IMG/VR virus record: IMGVR_UViG_3300045988_115450 | Span: 32,001-96,000 of that record | Source of the DNA: a virus | DNA length: 64,000 nucleotides | Strand: one strand, 5' to 3' | Shown: positions 9,163-16,536 of the stretch, piece after piece | Position numbering within the stretch: position 1 is the stretch's first letter | How the letters are laid out: each line of letters begins with the position of its first letter | The notes under the pieces: model-generated | What the model saw: only the letters and a program-made list of their open reading frames with translations | Told to the model about the DNA's origin: nothing | The model's database searches: none | Translations under genes and position numbers: made by a program

Positions 9163-9402
9163 TTACTCATTACCCTTCTTGTCTTTCTGCTCGCCGCCAT
9201 TTTCCTTCACACAAATCGGAAGCCGCCGAACATGGTAGTCCTTTCTTTCTCTTACCACGTTATACTTCTCACAGGTGTGTGTCGGGTATGGATGAGTCCC
9301 AGGGAGTCCGTACATGGCAGCGAGAGAGCTAGAGATACCAGCTCTGTACTTAGAGAATCTACACTCATTACACAATACTGTTTTAGTTTTCATATATGAC
9401 AC
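9163..9402 (-). CDS. Cys/His-rich hypothetical protein (79 aa) immediately downstream of the RT
   Basis: CNEC...HTCEKY...C; 8-nt gap after the RT stop. Confidence 0.55.
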   Translation of the reverse strand: MSYMKTKTVLCNECRFSKYRAGISSSLAAMYGLPGTHPYPTHTCEKYNVVRERKDYHVRRLPICVKENGGEQKDKKGNE

Positions 9403-9410
9403 CTCGTCCT

Positions 9411-10577
9411 TTAGTTTTTGAGATCCTTCTTCATCGTGGCTTCAATATCAAAGCCAAACTTCTGACTATAGCGAGTGATAACTCCATCAATACTTCCTCT
9501 GTTAACCATTCGATAGTAGCTCATAAGACCGAGCACATATTGCAGTTGCTCAAGAGGCCAATAAGTTCCGCTCTTTCTGTCCTTCGCGTAATTGAAAAGC
9601 ATCGCCTCGAAGTTGCGCTTCTTCTTATACCCAATCGTGATCTGGTTGTCCTTGTTGATCATCACACCGAGTACCCAATTCTTATGATACGAGGGGCCGT
9701 AATGAGTTTTCTCATCTTTGATGAGATAACTGGCCCCGAAAAGTCTAAACAGATTTTCAATCTTTCTGATAATGAAGCTCTTATCAAACTCAATACCACA
9801 GCTGATGTTCATATCATCAGCATATCTGGTATACGCGAACCTTCTACCCTTTTCATCAGGGTTGTTTTCCGGGTTCTGCAGGCTACGCAGAAACTTACTG
9901 AACTCAAAATCAAACGGAATCATAATCAGATTGGTCAGCATCGGGCTGATCGGCGTTCCCATAGGTAGACCTCCATCCAGGAAGCAAAGCGACAGAGCTT
10001 TTCTAAGCTCTTCTCTCCCGCTTTTGCACTCCATAATGAGACAGAACGGGTAAATCATAGACAGCGCGTTCCATACAAACTCCGGAGTGGTATTAGGAAA
10101 GAAACCGCTGATGTCAGTCTTTAAATACCACTTGCTCTTATTCCACTGATGGACTTTTGCGGCGTCTACACTACTTCTGTTTTTGACATAAGCGTATGCA
10201 GCGGCATGGCTGCTCGCATAAAACTCAGATTCTAACAGCAGTTTTAGCTCTCGCAGACAATTCATCAGTTCGTCGTCCGGCGCGTTAATCTCTCTCATGC
10301 CGCCGCTCTTTTTCGGGATAAAAAACTTATGGTAATGTGTATGAAGATCGCTTTCAAGCAGTTCCTGATGCTTTTTGTTAAATGCTCTCAGTAGTTCAAT
10401 CTTTTTCCCCGTGTCAAACCCTGCCAGGATTCTCTCGGGCAGTCTCTCATATGCAACTGTTCTAGTATATAGAGATCTCGATTCCCTCACATGTTTATCT
10501 TGAAGCAGCGCAGACATAATATCCTCTAAAGAAATCTGCTTATACGGCTCTGTAATTCTTGCTGTTACATAAATCAT
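9411..10577 (-). CDS. reverse transcriptase, retron-like (388 aa, RT domain only)
   Basis: FFIPKKSGGMREINAP (RT1); SSVDAAKVH; LKTDISGFFPN (RT3); LPMGTPISPMLTNL (RT4); YTRYADDMNIS (RT5, YADD); NWVLGVMIN at the position of the retron VTG block. No accessory domains. Confidence 0.85.
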   Translation of the reverse strand: MIYVTARITEPYKQISLEDIMSALLQDKHVRESRSLYTRTVAYERLPERILAGFDTGKKIELLRAFNKKHQELLESDLHTHYHKFFIPKKSGGMREINAPDDELMNCLRELKLLLESEFYASSHAAAYAYVKNRSSVDAAKVHQWNKSKWYLKTDISGFFPNTTPEFVWNALSMIYPFCLIMECKSGREELRKALSLCFLDGGLPMGTPISPMLTNLIMIPFDFEFSKFLRSLQNPENNPDEKGRRFAYTRYADDMNISCGIEFDKSFIIRKIENLFRLFGASYLIKDEKTHYGPSYHKNWVLGVMINKDNQITIGYKKKRNFEAMLFNYAKDRKSGTYWPLEQLQYVLGLMSYYRMVNRGSIDGVITRYSQKFGFDIEATMKKDLKN

Positions 10578-10593
10578 ATTATTCTCCTTGCTT

Positions 10594-10937
10594 TTATCTG
10601 AAACTATATATGGATTTGGATGTCAGTACGAGATGCTCATCGCGGAGCTTGTCGTCGTCTGAGACGGTGAAATCCCTGACTTGGCGTTTATTGTTTGCCG
10701 GATACCCCTGCTGGTGGCGGATGTTGACCCTGTCGAACGAATATCCTTCTGGTTTTTCCTGTTGTTCGGGCGCTGCTTCTCATCAGAGAAGATGCCACCG
10801 GGGTGTTAAGCCTTCTTGGAGGGCACCAAGCATTGGTCTGCTATCGCACGCAGCGGGGTTCCTCTTTCGGACGATGTGCCACTCTTCCGTTCCGGTAAGA
10901 GTTTCTATTTTTTTAAATAGAAAGTGCTTTCAGATAT
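10594..10937 (-). ncRNA. IR-bracketed structured RNA gene, copy A (candidate retron msr-msd)
   Basis: No minus-strand ORF. The 9-bp inverted repeat TATCTGAAA (10595-10603) / TTTCAGATA (10928-10936) brackets it. In RNA sense the 5' arm is followed by G and then the hairpin TTTCTATTT-AAAAAA-ATAGAAA. The core 10604-10901 is homologous to 16549-16848. The element ends 17 nt before the RT ATG. Confidence 0.55.
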
Positions 10938-11037
10938 TTAGATTGAATTGGTTGTTAGCAGGCGTGCCATTCCCCTGCATCTCTTTAGCCATTAAGGCGC
11001 GTGGCGACACGAAATTTCCACCTCAAACAACCAATAT

Positions 11038-11706
11038 TTAATATGCTTCCATAGTAAAATCAAAGGCGTCGATCAAAACTATCTTCTTGATCGAACGCCC
11101 ATTCACAAAATTCATGAAGTTTGCTACTGCACAAGAGCAAATCATCCGCACAGAAGGAGCGATACTAAGCTCCAGGTTACATGCAGATCGAGGAGTTTCA
11201 GCCAGAGCTTCCTCTTGAGTAAACTGCATGGAGTTAATCAGATTTTCAACCATCGCACTAGAACTCCAGTCAGCCGCAAAGTGTTGCGCGTCCGTCAGCC
11301 GAAGTCTGGTATCAAACACAGCTTTGATATACGGGTTTCTAGCATTTTCTTCGCAAATTTTTCTGCGGAGATCAATGTTGTCCACCATAAGGAAGACATA
11401 GCCGGACAGACGCTGGTTGGTATACCCCTCCTGAACTACTTCAATACCATTTGCATCAGGATTGATACTCAACATCATATCTTTCACGGCTTCAGCTTTA
11501 TTTCTACCGATGTCGCTATCATTGAACATCTGATTCGCGATATTGTGCGACTCAACCTTGTCAAAATCGTACAGAGTGACCTTCTCAAGCCCAGCTCTTG
11601 CCAACAATTCGGCTACAGTGGAACCGGACGCACCACAACCGATGATATGTACTCTTTCTTTAACCTTCGTGGGATTAAAGAACTCAATACTCTTCGATAA
11701 ATTCAT
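11038..11706 (-). CDS. ThiF/MoeB-type E1-like adenylyltransferase (222 aa, minimal)
   Basis: Rossmann loop IIGCGASGSTVAELLARAGL; then LYDFDKVESHNIANQ (DxD...N..Q, with the usual Arg replaced) and LMVDNIDLRR. Confidence 0.8.
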   Translation of the reverse strand: MNLSKSIEFFNPTKVKERVHIIGCGASGSTVAELLARAGLEKVTLYDFDKVESHNIANQMFNDSDIGRNKAEAVKDMMLSINPDANGIEVVQEGYTNQRLSGYVFLMVDNIDLRRKICEENARNPYIKAVFDTRLRLTDAQHFAADWSSSAMVENLINSMQFTQEEALAETPRSACNLELSIAPSVRMICSCAVANFMNFVNGRSIKKIVLIDAFDFTMEAY

Positions 11707-11718
11707 CTTTATACCTCC

Positions 11719-11997
11719 TTATAGCATTAAACAATTCAAAAATACATCACTATCGACTTTACTTTCAATCGGCTCAAACATCCAAGAAGCCCAAGCAACA
11801 AATCTTAATTTGCCTCTTTCTTCAATGCAAATACGTTCAACTTGAATGCCGTTAATCAAGGATGTCAATGAGCGCACTGTTATGATCTTACCGCAATAGC
11901 GCGTTTTATCCCCTTCAAATATCCCGTGATCATTTTTAGAAAGAATCGCCGTTCCACTACCTGTATCTACGGAAAACAGATCAGGGTCAGACATCAT
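11719..11997 (-). CDS. NCLLL-tail family protein 5 (92 aa; tail ...FLNCLML)
   Basis: Shares only the C-terminal tail with the four upstream genes. A 16-codon out-of-frame remnant of the family N-terminus lies just upstream. Confidence 0.6.
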   Translation of the reverse strand: MMSDPDLFSVDTGSGTAILSKNDHGIFEGDKTRYCGKIITVRSLTSLINGIQVERICIEERGKLRFVAWASWMFEPIESKVDSDVFLNCLML

Positions 11998-12061
11998 GTC
12001 TTCCTAACTCCTCACCCTGACCTTCTGCCCAACATACATATCTTCAAGTTTCATACGTCAC

Positions 12062-12394
12062 CTACAACAACAAACAGTTCATAAAAACCTGCTCATCAAT
12101 AGATTGCTTTAACCGCAACACACTTTTATAGAAAGACATCTCTTTTTTGCTAACCCTTACCCTGTACCAACCGCCAAGTTCATACTCAACGATCTCGCCG
12201 CCGTCTCTTATAAACTCTCTGAGGCAAGGATCGCCCTCCGCGTACATCACATCGTCGGCGTATATAAATCTTTCGTTTGTGATGATGTCTACGCTCTGCG
12301 ACACAGCCCCATTCGGAAATACCGCCCGTAAGTTATCATTAAATTCATCCCACGTTTTTGGAATAAACTCAACCCGCTGCCCAGGTCTAAACAT
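12062..12394 (-). CDS. NCLLL-tail family protein 4 (110 aa; tail ...VFMNCLLL)
   Basis: Paralog of 12404..12745 and 12753..13082 (MFxxGQ[KR]V...WDEF...GWY.V...); conserved C-terminus. Confidence 0.7.
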   Translation of the reverse strand: MFRPGQRVEFIPKTWDEFNDNLRAVFPNGAVSQSVDIITNERFIYADDVMYAEGDPCLREFIRDGGEIVEYELGGWYRVRVSKKEMSFYKSVLRLKQSIDEQVFMNCLLL

Positions 12395-12403
12395 TATATC
12401 ACC

Positions 12404-12745
12404 TCACAATAATAAGCAATTTATGAACAATTTTTCATCAATTGACCTCATGTCTTCTTTCAGACACAACACGCTTTCGTGAAATTTCAGTTTTACTCCA
12501 TTTATATTCACCATATACCAACCAGTAGCATAGTACTTGATAATCTCACCTCCATTTATTAGAAGCTCGTTAAACCAAGAATCGCCTTCCCCATAAAGCA
12601 CCCCTGCAACCAATATCATTTCTCTATGAGTAGTTGAGAATTCATCTAATATCATATCTCTCGCAAACAACTCCATTAAAGCATCCCGAAATTCATCCCA
12701 TGACTTTGGGGCAAGCGTAACTTTCTGTCCAAGTTCAAACATCAT
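12404..12745 (-). CDS. NCLLL-tail family protein 3 (113 aa; tail ...LFINCLLL)
   Basis: Paralog set; conserved C-terminus. Confidence 0.7.
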   Translation of the reverse strand: MMFELGQKVTLAPKSWDEFRDALMELFARDMILDEFSTTHREMILVAGVLYGEGDSWFNELLINGGEIIKYYATGWYMVNINGVKLKFHESVLCLKEDMRSIDEKLFINCLLL

Positions 12746-12752
12746 ATTACCT

Positions 12753-13082
12753 CTATAGCAGCAAACAATTCATAAGTACCTCTTCGTCAACATATGCTTC
12801 TTCCATCGACCGTAGCATCGTCTCATAGAACCACGCTCTTTCTCCGCCAAAGTCTACAATGTACCAACCACACTCGAAGTCTAATTCAATCACGCCACTC
12901 ATCCTGCGTAACTTATAAAAATCGGGAGCGCTATATCCTGCTGCACTAGCTGCAAGATACCCAGTGGTATCACAGCTCGTAAACCTTTTTGCGCTGCGAG
13001 GAAGATGCTTTAGGTAAGCGCTGCAAAACTCATCCCAGCTCCTCAATGCTATCCTGACTCGTTGTCCGATCTCGAACATCAT
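12753..13082 (-). CDS. NCLLL-tail family protein 2 (109 aa; tail ...VLMNCLLL)
   Basis: Track ORF is 12753..13133. Trimmed to MMFEIGQRV... behind AGAGGAG. Confidence 0.7.
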   Translation of the reverse strand: MMFEIGQRVRIALRSWDEFCSAYLKHLPRSAKRFTSCDTTGYLAASAAGYSAPDFYKLRRMSGVIELDFECGWYIVDFGGERAWFYETMLRSMEEAYVDEEVLMNCLLL

Positions 13083-13092
13083 ATCAACTCCT

Positions 13093-13437
13093 CTATAACA
13101 GCAGGCAATCCATAAGTGTCTTTTCGTCAACACTTTTTTCTTTTAATTGACACGGCGCTGTTTCGCCCGGCCCACCCACCAAACACTCATCTCTTACTTC
13201 GCCAAAGTCAACGCGCCAAATCCAATAGTCATCCGGTTCCAGATAAATTGTCGCTCCGTATTTATCTGGAGCATTAAAATTGTCACCTTCAATCATTTCG
13301 CATCCATCATCGACGCATTCTTGAAACACTGAATGAAACCTACGTTTCACGTGTTCCACCGCACTCTCCAAATTCCAATAAACACCGGATAAATCAATAC
13401 CCTGGTCTGTTTCTGTTATCACACAATATACCTTCAT
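13093..13437 (-). CDS. NCLLL-tail family protein 1 (114 aa; tail ...TLMDCLLL)
   Basis: Track ORF is 13093..13542. Trimmed to MKVYCVITE... behind AAAGGAG. The N-domain is unrelated but the C-terminal tail is the same. Confidence 0.65.
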   Translation of the reverse strand: MKVYCVITETDQGIDLSGVYWNLESAVEHVKRRFHSVFQECVDDGCEMIEGDNFNAPDKYGATIYLEPDDYWIWRVDFGEVRDECLVGGPGETAPCQLKEKSVDEKTLMDCLLL

Positions 13438-13611
13438 ACCGGTCTTCTCCTTTCTTATGTACCTCTGAACAGCTAACCAGCTGTTTAAGTTCAAAAGTTT
13501 TCTGCTCTGGGAGTAGGAAAACTTTTGAAGCGACACAGCCATTTGTTACTCCCTCGTTCCGACAAGAGTGATATGTAATTTAACATATCTGTACAGGCAC
13601 ATATGTTTTTT

Positions 13612-14298
13612 TTACTTAATTAACATCTTACCGTCACGCCAATCGGGCCGCTCATCAATAATTTTATCTGCGTCCTCCATGAATTCTTCAAGCTCAACCG
13701 CGGCGTTCATAATCCACTCGATGCCATCCTGTACATCACGCACGTCCACCTTCTCAAACCGGTCAATGTTATCGAAAAACCATCTGCACAAATCATATAC
13801 AGCGGGGTTCCATCGTTCCACTGCGAGTTCCACATTGTCGCTTTCGTATAGGATGCCTTCTCTAACATCATAAACCTGTGAAGATATGTAGCCTTTCTTA
13901 TTGAAAATCTGAAAGACGTAGAAATCATCAACGTCTGTCAGCAAATCTGCTCTATACTTTATATCCGTAGAAGATGGACTGACACCCATGTTCACATGAG
14001 AATGCCCGTACAACCGAACCTTATTGAATATCTCCGTGTTAAGAGAATCCTGCCAGTTCACATAGTCCGCATCTTCAGGTTCGGTGCTTGCCGACGTGAC
14101 CTTCTGAGGGAATACCAAGACGTCCTCCACGATAAACTCAGCTGGATTTTCCAACCTTCTTACAACTCCGTGCCATCCAACCTCCAGATTCCTATTCATA
14201 ACAAGCAAACACGTCTTCATCCATGCCTTCTTACTGTATACGATTTTGCACGGATTTGTCGCGGCCAACAAATCCGTTGCATTAGTTGCCTTATTCAT
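13612..14298 (-). CDS. JAB/MPN (JAMM) metallopeptidase (228 aa)
   Basis: Complete JAMM signature: upstream Glu (LEVGWHG) plus HSHVNMGVSPSSTD (HxHx7SxxD). Confidence 0.8.
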   Translation of the reverse strand: MNKATNATDLLAATNPCKIVYSKKAWMKTCLLVMNRNLEVGWHGVVRRLENPAEFIVEDVLVFPQKVTSASTEPEDADYVNWQDSLNTEIFNKVRLYGHSHVNMGVSPSSTDIKYRADLLTDVDDFYVFQIFNKKGYISSQVYDVREGILYESDNVELAVERWNPAVYDLCRWFFDNIDRFEKVDVRDVQDGIEWIMNAAVELEEFMEDADKIIDERPDWRDGKMLIK

Positions 14299-15706
14299 TG
14301 CTCTTATTCTCCTTTATCCATTTAATTGCGTCGATGTAATTAACTACTCGCCCATCCGGCAACTCCAATACTACAGCGCCTTTTCTCAACAACTCTTCAA
14401 GGAATGATCTCAATACGACAGTATCACTAAGATTCAGATTCCCGCTTTCGGCGCACGTCGTGTCTACCGTATAAACGTAGTCACATTTGTCGCAAGATTT
14501 CTCTAGCGCCTGTTGCCAGCTCCCCATGCAACCATATTTATCAAGGTGTGTGTTGGGGAGATAGCTGTTGTATTCACAGCCATACCCATATGCCTTGATG
14601 GGTAGTACCATTCCTCCGAAAGAAAGTCTCCATGCGGAACACATTCTTACTTTGATATTAGAGTCAATGAAAATCCCTGTCATTAACTTTTTAGTATCAC
14701 TTTCTGTCAGGCCCACATACGAAGACCGCGTATAAAAAATCGACGACCGATTGTTGATGTACTCTCTCGCAATCTCTGGATCAAACAGTGTCATATAACC
14801 AGTTACAACATATACGATATTCCCATCTTTGTCACCGCTCTCAACGGACACATTTTTGTTCGACAAAAAATAATCCATTAACTCGTTCTTGCTTTCAACA
14901 TTACTGTTGTCAATTGCTTCCACCAACAAAGACCAACCTTCGTATTCTCTATACCAATCTCTCAAATCGGACATCAATTTATTGATCTGACTTCTTGCAC
15001 TCTCCATCTTCTTTGCGTATCTTTCCCTCTGTACGTTCCTTAGCTTTCCCTCATAGCCATAAAGGTAATATCTCTTTTTAGCTGAGGCCACGTCCACAGC
15101 AGCGGCAACCATATCGTTCATCGCTTTACAGATTACACTCATGCCGGAGTCTTCTTTAGACAGAATCTTAATAAACTTTGACTCCGCTTCAGTCCTGTCT
15201 TTAATGTACCATGGGCAGAATACATTGAAAAGACACACTAGGTAATGCCACGAGCCATAGTTATCCACGTTGGTAAGGACAACCGTACTCTTCCTCTCTT
15301 CATTACTGAAAATTCTCAGTATGATACCGAGTCGTTCTTTCATTAGATTCAGCTCTCTTGCCGTCTTCTCTTTCCAACTGCTCGCACATTTCATATTACT
15401 GACTAAAGTTTCTACGGCCTTAACCTTATCACACACGCAAAATGTAATCGTGTTGTCTTGAGAAGTTACCTCCGAAAAACGCTCTTTGTCTTTTATCCAC
15501 GTAATCCAATCAGCACAATTAGGATCTACCACTCTAACCATGATACGCACGTCCGCCGGAACTCTTGGCTTCAAAAACAACCGAGCCATTGCCAACGCAA
15601 AGTCATCGCCTTTGAACGTCCCGTCACCAGCAATATTAGAAAACTCAGACTCCAGCTCTGGGGCCAGCACTAAAACTTCACTGCGTTTCAAACAATTTGA
15701 AAACAT
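14291..15706 (-). CDS. hypothetical 471-aa protein with a Cys-rich C-terminal domain
   Basis: Track ORF is 14291..15772. Trimmed to MFSNCLKR... behind AAAGGAG. The C-terminal LPNTHLDKYGCMGSW loosely resembles an E2 HPN...C motif. Overlaps the JAB gene start by 8 nt. Confidence 0.65.
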   Translation of the reverse strand: MFSNCLKRSEVLVLAPELESEFSNIAGDGTFKGDDFALAMARLFLKPRVPADVRIMVRVVDPNCADWITWIKDKERFSEVTSQDNTITFCVCDKVKAVETLVSNMKCASSWKEKTARELNLMKERLGIILRIFSNEERKSTVVLTNVDNYGSWHYLVCLFNVFCPWYIKDRTEAESKFIKILSKEDSGMSVICKAMNDMVAAAVDVASAKKRYYLYGYEGKLRNVQRERYAKKMESARSQINKLMSDLRDWYREYEGWSLLVEAIDNSNVESKNELMDYFLSNKNVSVESGDKDGNIVYVVTGYMTLFDPEIAREYINNRSSIFYTRSSYVGLTESDTKKLMTGIFIDSNIKVRMCSAWRLSFGGMVLPIKAYGYGCEYNSYLPNTHLDKYGCMGSWQQALEKSCDKCDYVYTVDTTCAESGNLNLSDTVVLRSFLEELLRKGAVVLELPDGRVVNYIDAIKWIKENKSNE

Positions 15707-15788
15707 ATATCTTCTCCTTTCTTTATGAACTCTTGGCAGGCCATCCGACGTAACCGAATGCCCTCCCAGCAACTCACTGTGTTATGTA

Positions 15789-15814
15789 CGAGGCCGGACA
15801 ATGTCCGGCCTCGT
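15789..15814 (-). promoter_or_regulatory. 11-bp GC-rich stem-loop between the 79-aa gene and the 471-aa gene
   Basis: CGAGGCCGGAC-aatg-GTCCGGCCTCG; no U-tract, so a possible attenuator or processing site. Confidence 0.4.
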
Positions 15815-15832
15815 AGATTGTGCTAACTCAAA

Positions 15833-16072
15833 TCAGATCGCGTTACCTTGCGCCTTAACAATAGCACTCAGAGTACAAATACCAGCGGCACCAAGTTCGG
15901 CAAAAGTGCAATCCATATCATCAGGCGTCAGAATCGTGCCGGAAAGAGAATTGACGCTACGGCTGCACTCAATTCCGATCTTCTCGAACAGAGAACGAGG
16001 GGTCTCTACATGTTCATCTACGGCCTGGCTATCAAAACGGCGGGTGGTACTTCTAACATTCACAATAATCAT
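15833..16072 (-). CDS. small ubiquitin-like candidate (79 aa; Gly76 followed by NAI)
   Basis: MIIVNVRS... beta-strand start as in ThiS/MoaD; ends ...AIVKAQG-NAI. Size and context (E1 plus JAB) are the basis, not homology. Confidence 0.5.
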   Translation of the reverse strand: MIIVNVRSTTRRFDSQAVDEHVETPRSLFEKIGIECSRSVNSLSGTILTPDDMDCTFAELGAAGICTLSAIVKAQGNAI

Positions 16073-16113
16073 AATATACTTCCTTTCTGTTATTACATCT
16101 ATGCTTATTTGTT

Positions 16114-16503
16114 TTAGCCAGCTACTACGATCTTGGAACTGACCCGTGCCATCATAACGTCGATCTCTTCCAGCGCTTCGCGCACCTGGGCTTCAATCTT
16201 TTCTACCTTCTCGATAACAGAAGCATATCTCTCGGCAACAACCTCACGTACGGAACGGTCAGCTTCGGTAATAAGACTCACAGTTACGACCGCACGACCA
16301 GAGCCATCACAAGACTCAGCCTCATAGATAATACCGGTCGGTGCTACTACGCCTCTCTCGCCAGCGAGAGTGTAAAACAGTGCGTTGCCATCTTCGTCCA
16401 GCAGTTGCACAGACTTAGGCCGGTACAGAGCTGCGCGATTGATTTCTTCAAGAGTGAAAGCACTCTTGAGTGTTACTGCGTTACCACACACAATAATTTC
16501 CAT
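16114..16503 (-). CDS. hypothetical protein (129 aa) ending ...KIVVAG
   Basis: MEIIVCGNAVTLKSAFTLEEI resembles the ThiS/MoaD N-terminus; C-terminal Gly; first gene after ncRNA copy B. Confidence 0.55.
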   Translation of the reverse strand: MEIIVCGNAVTLKSAFTLEEINRAALYRPKSVQLLDEDGNALFYTLAGERGVVAPTGIIYEAESCDGSGRAVVTVSLITEADRSVREVVAERYASVIEKVEKIEAQVREALEEIDVMMARVSSKIVVAG

Positions 16504-16536
16504 ATTCTTCTCCTTTTCATATGTCTAATTATGTAT

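Noticed and set aside
10559-11041. A 160-aa plus-strand ORF across the RT-upstream region
   Set aside because: It is antisense to the whole operon, has no RBS and is a low-complexity R/S/C/L-rich product. It overlaps the inverted-repeat-bracketed RNA element.
11719-13437. Reading the C-terminal CLLL as a eukaryotic CAAX prenylation box
   Set aside because: CLLL does fit the geranylgeranylation CAAX pattern. However, every other signal here is bacterial: Shine-Dalgarno sites, sigma70 promoters, a tailed-phage morphogenesis module and bacterial-type tRNAs. The conserved tail also extends well upstream of the Cys. It is kept only as a remote possibility.
9411-13542. Diversity-generating retroelement (RT plus tandem paralogs as variable targets)
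   Set aside because: The RT lacks DGR-type features and looks retron-like. The part shared by the paralogs is an invariant tail, not a variable C-terminal region. The two ~300-nt repeats differ by general divergence and indels rather than adenine-specific substitutions, and neither lies at the 3' end of a target gene.
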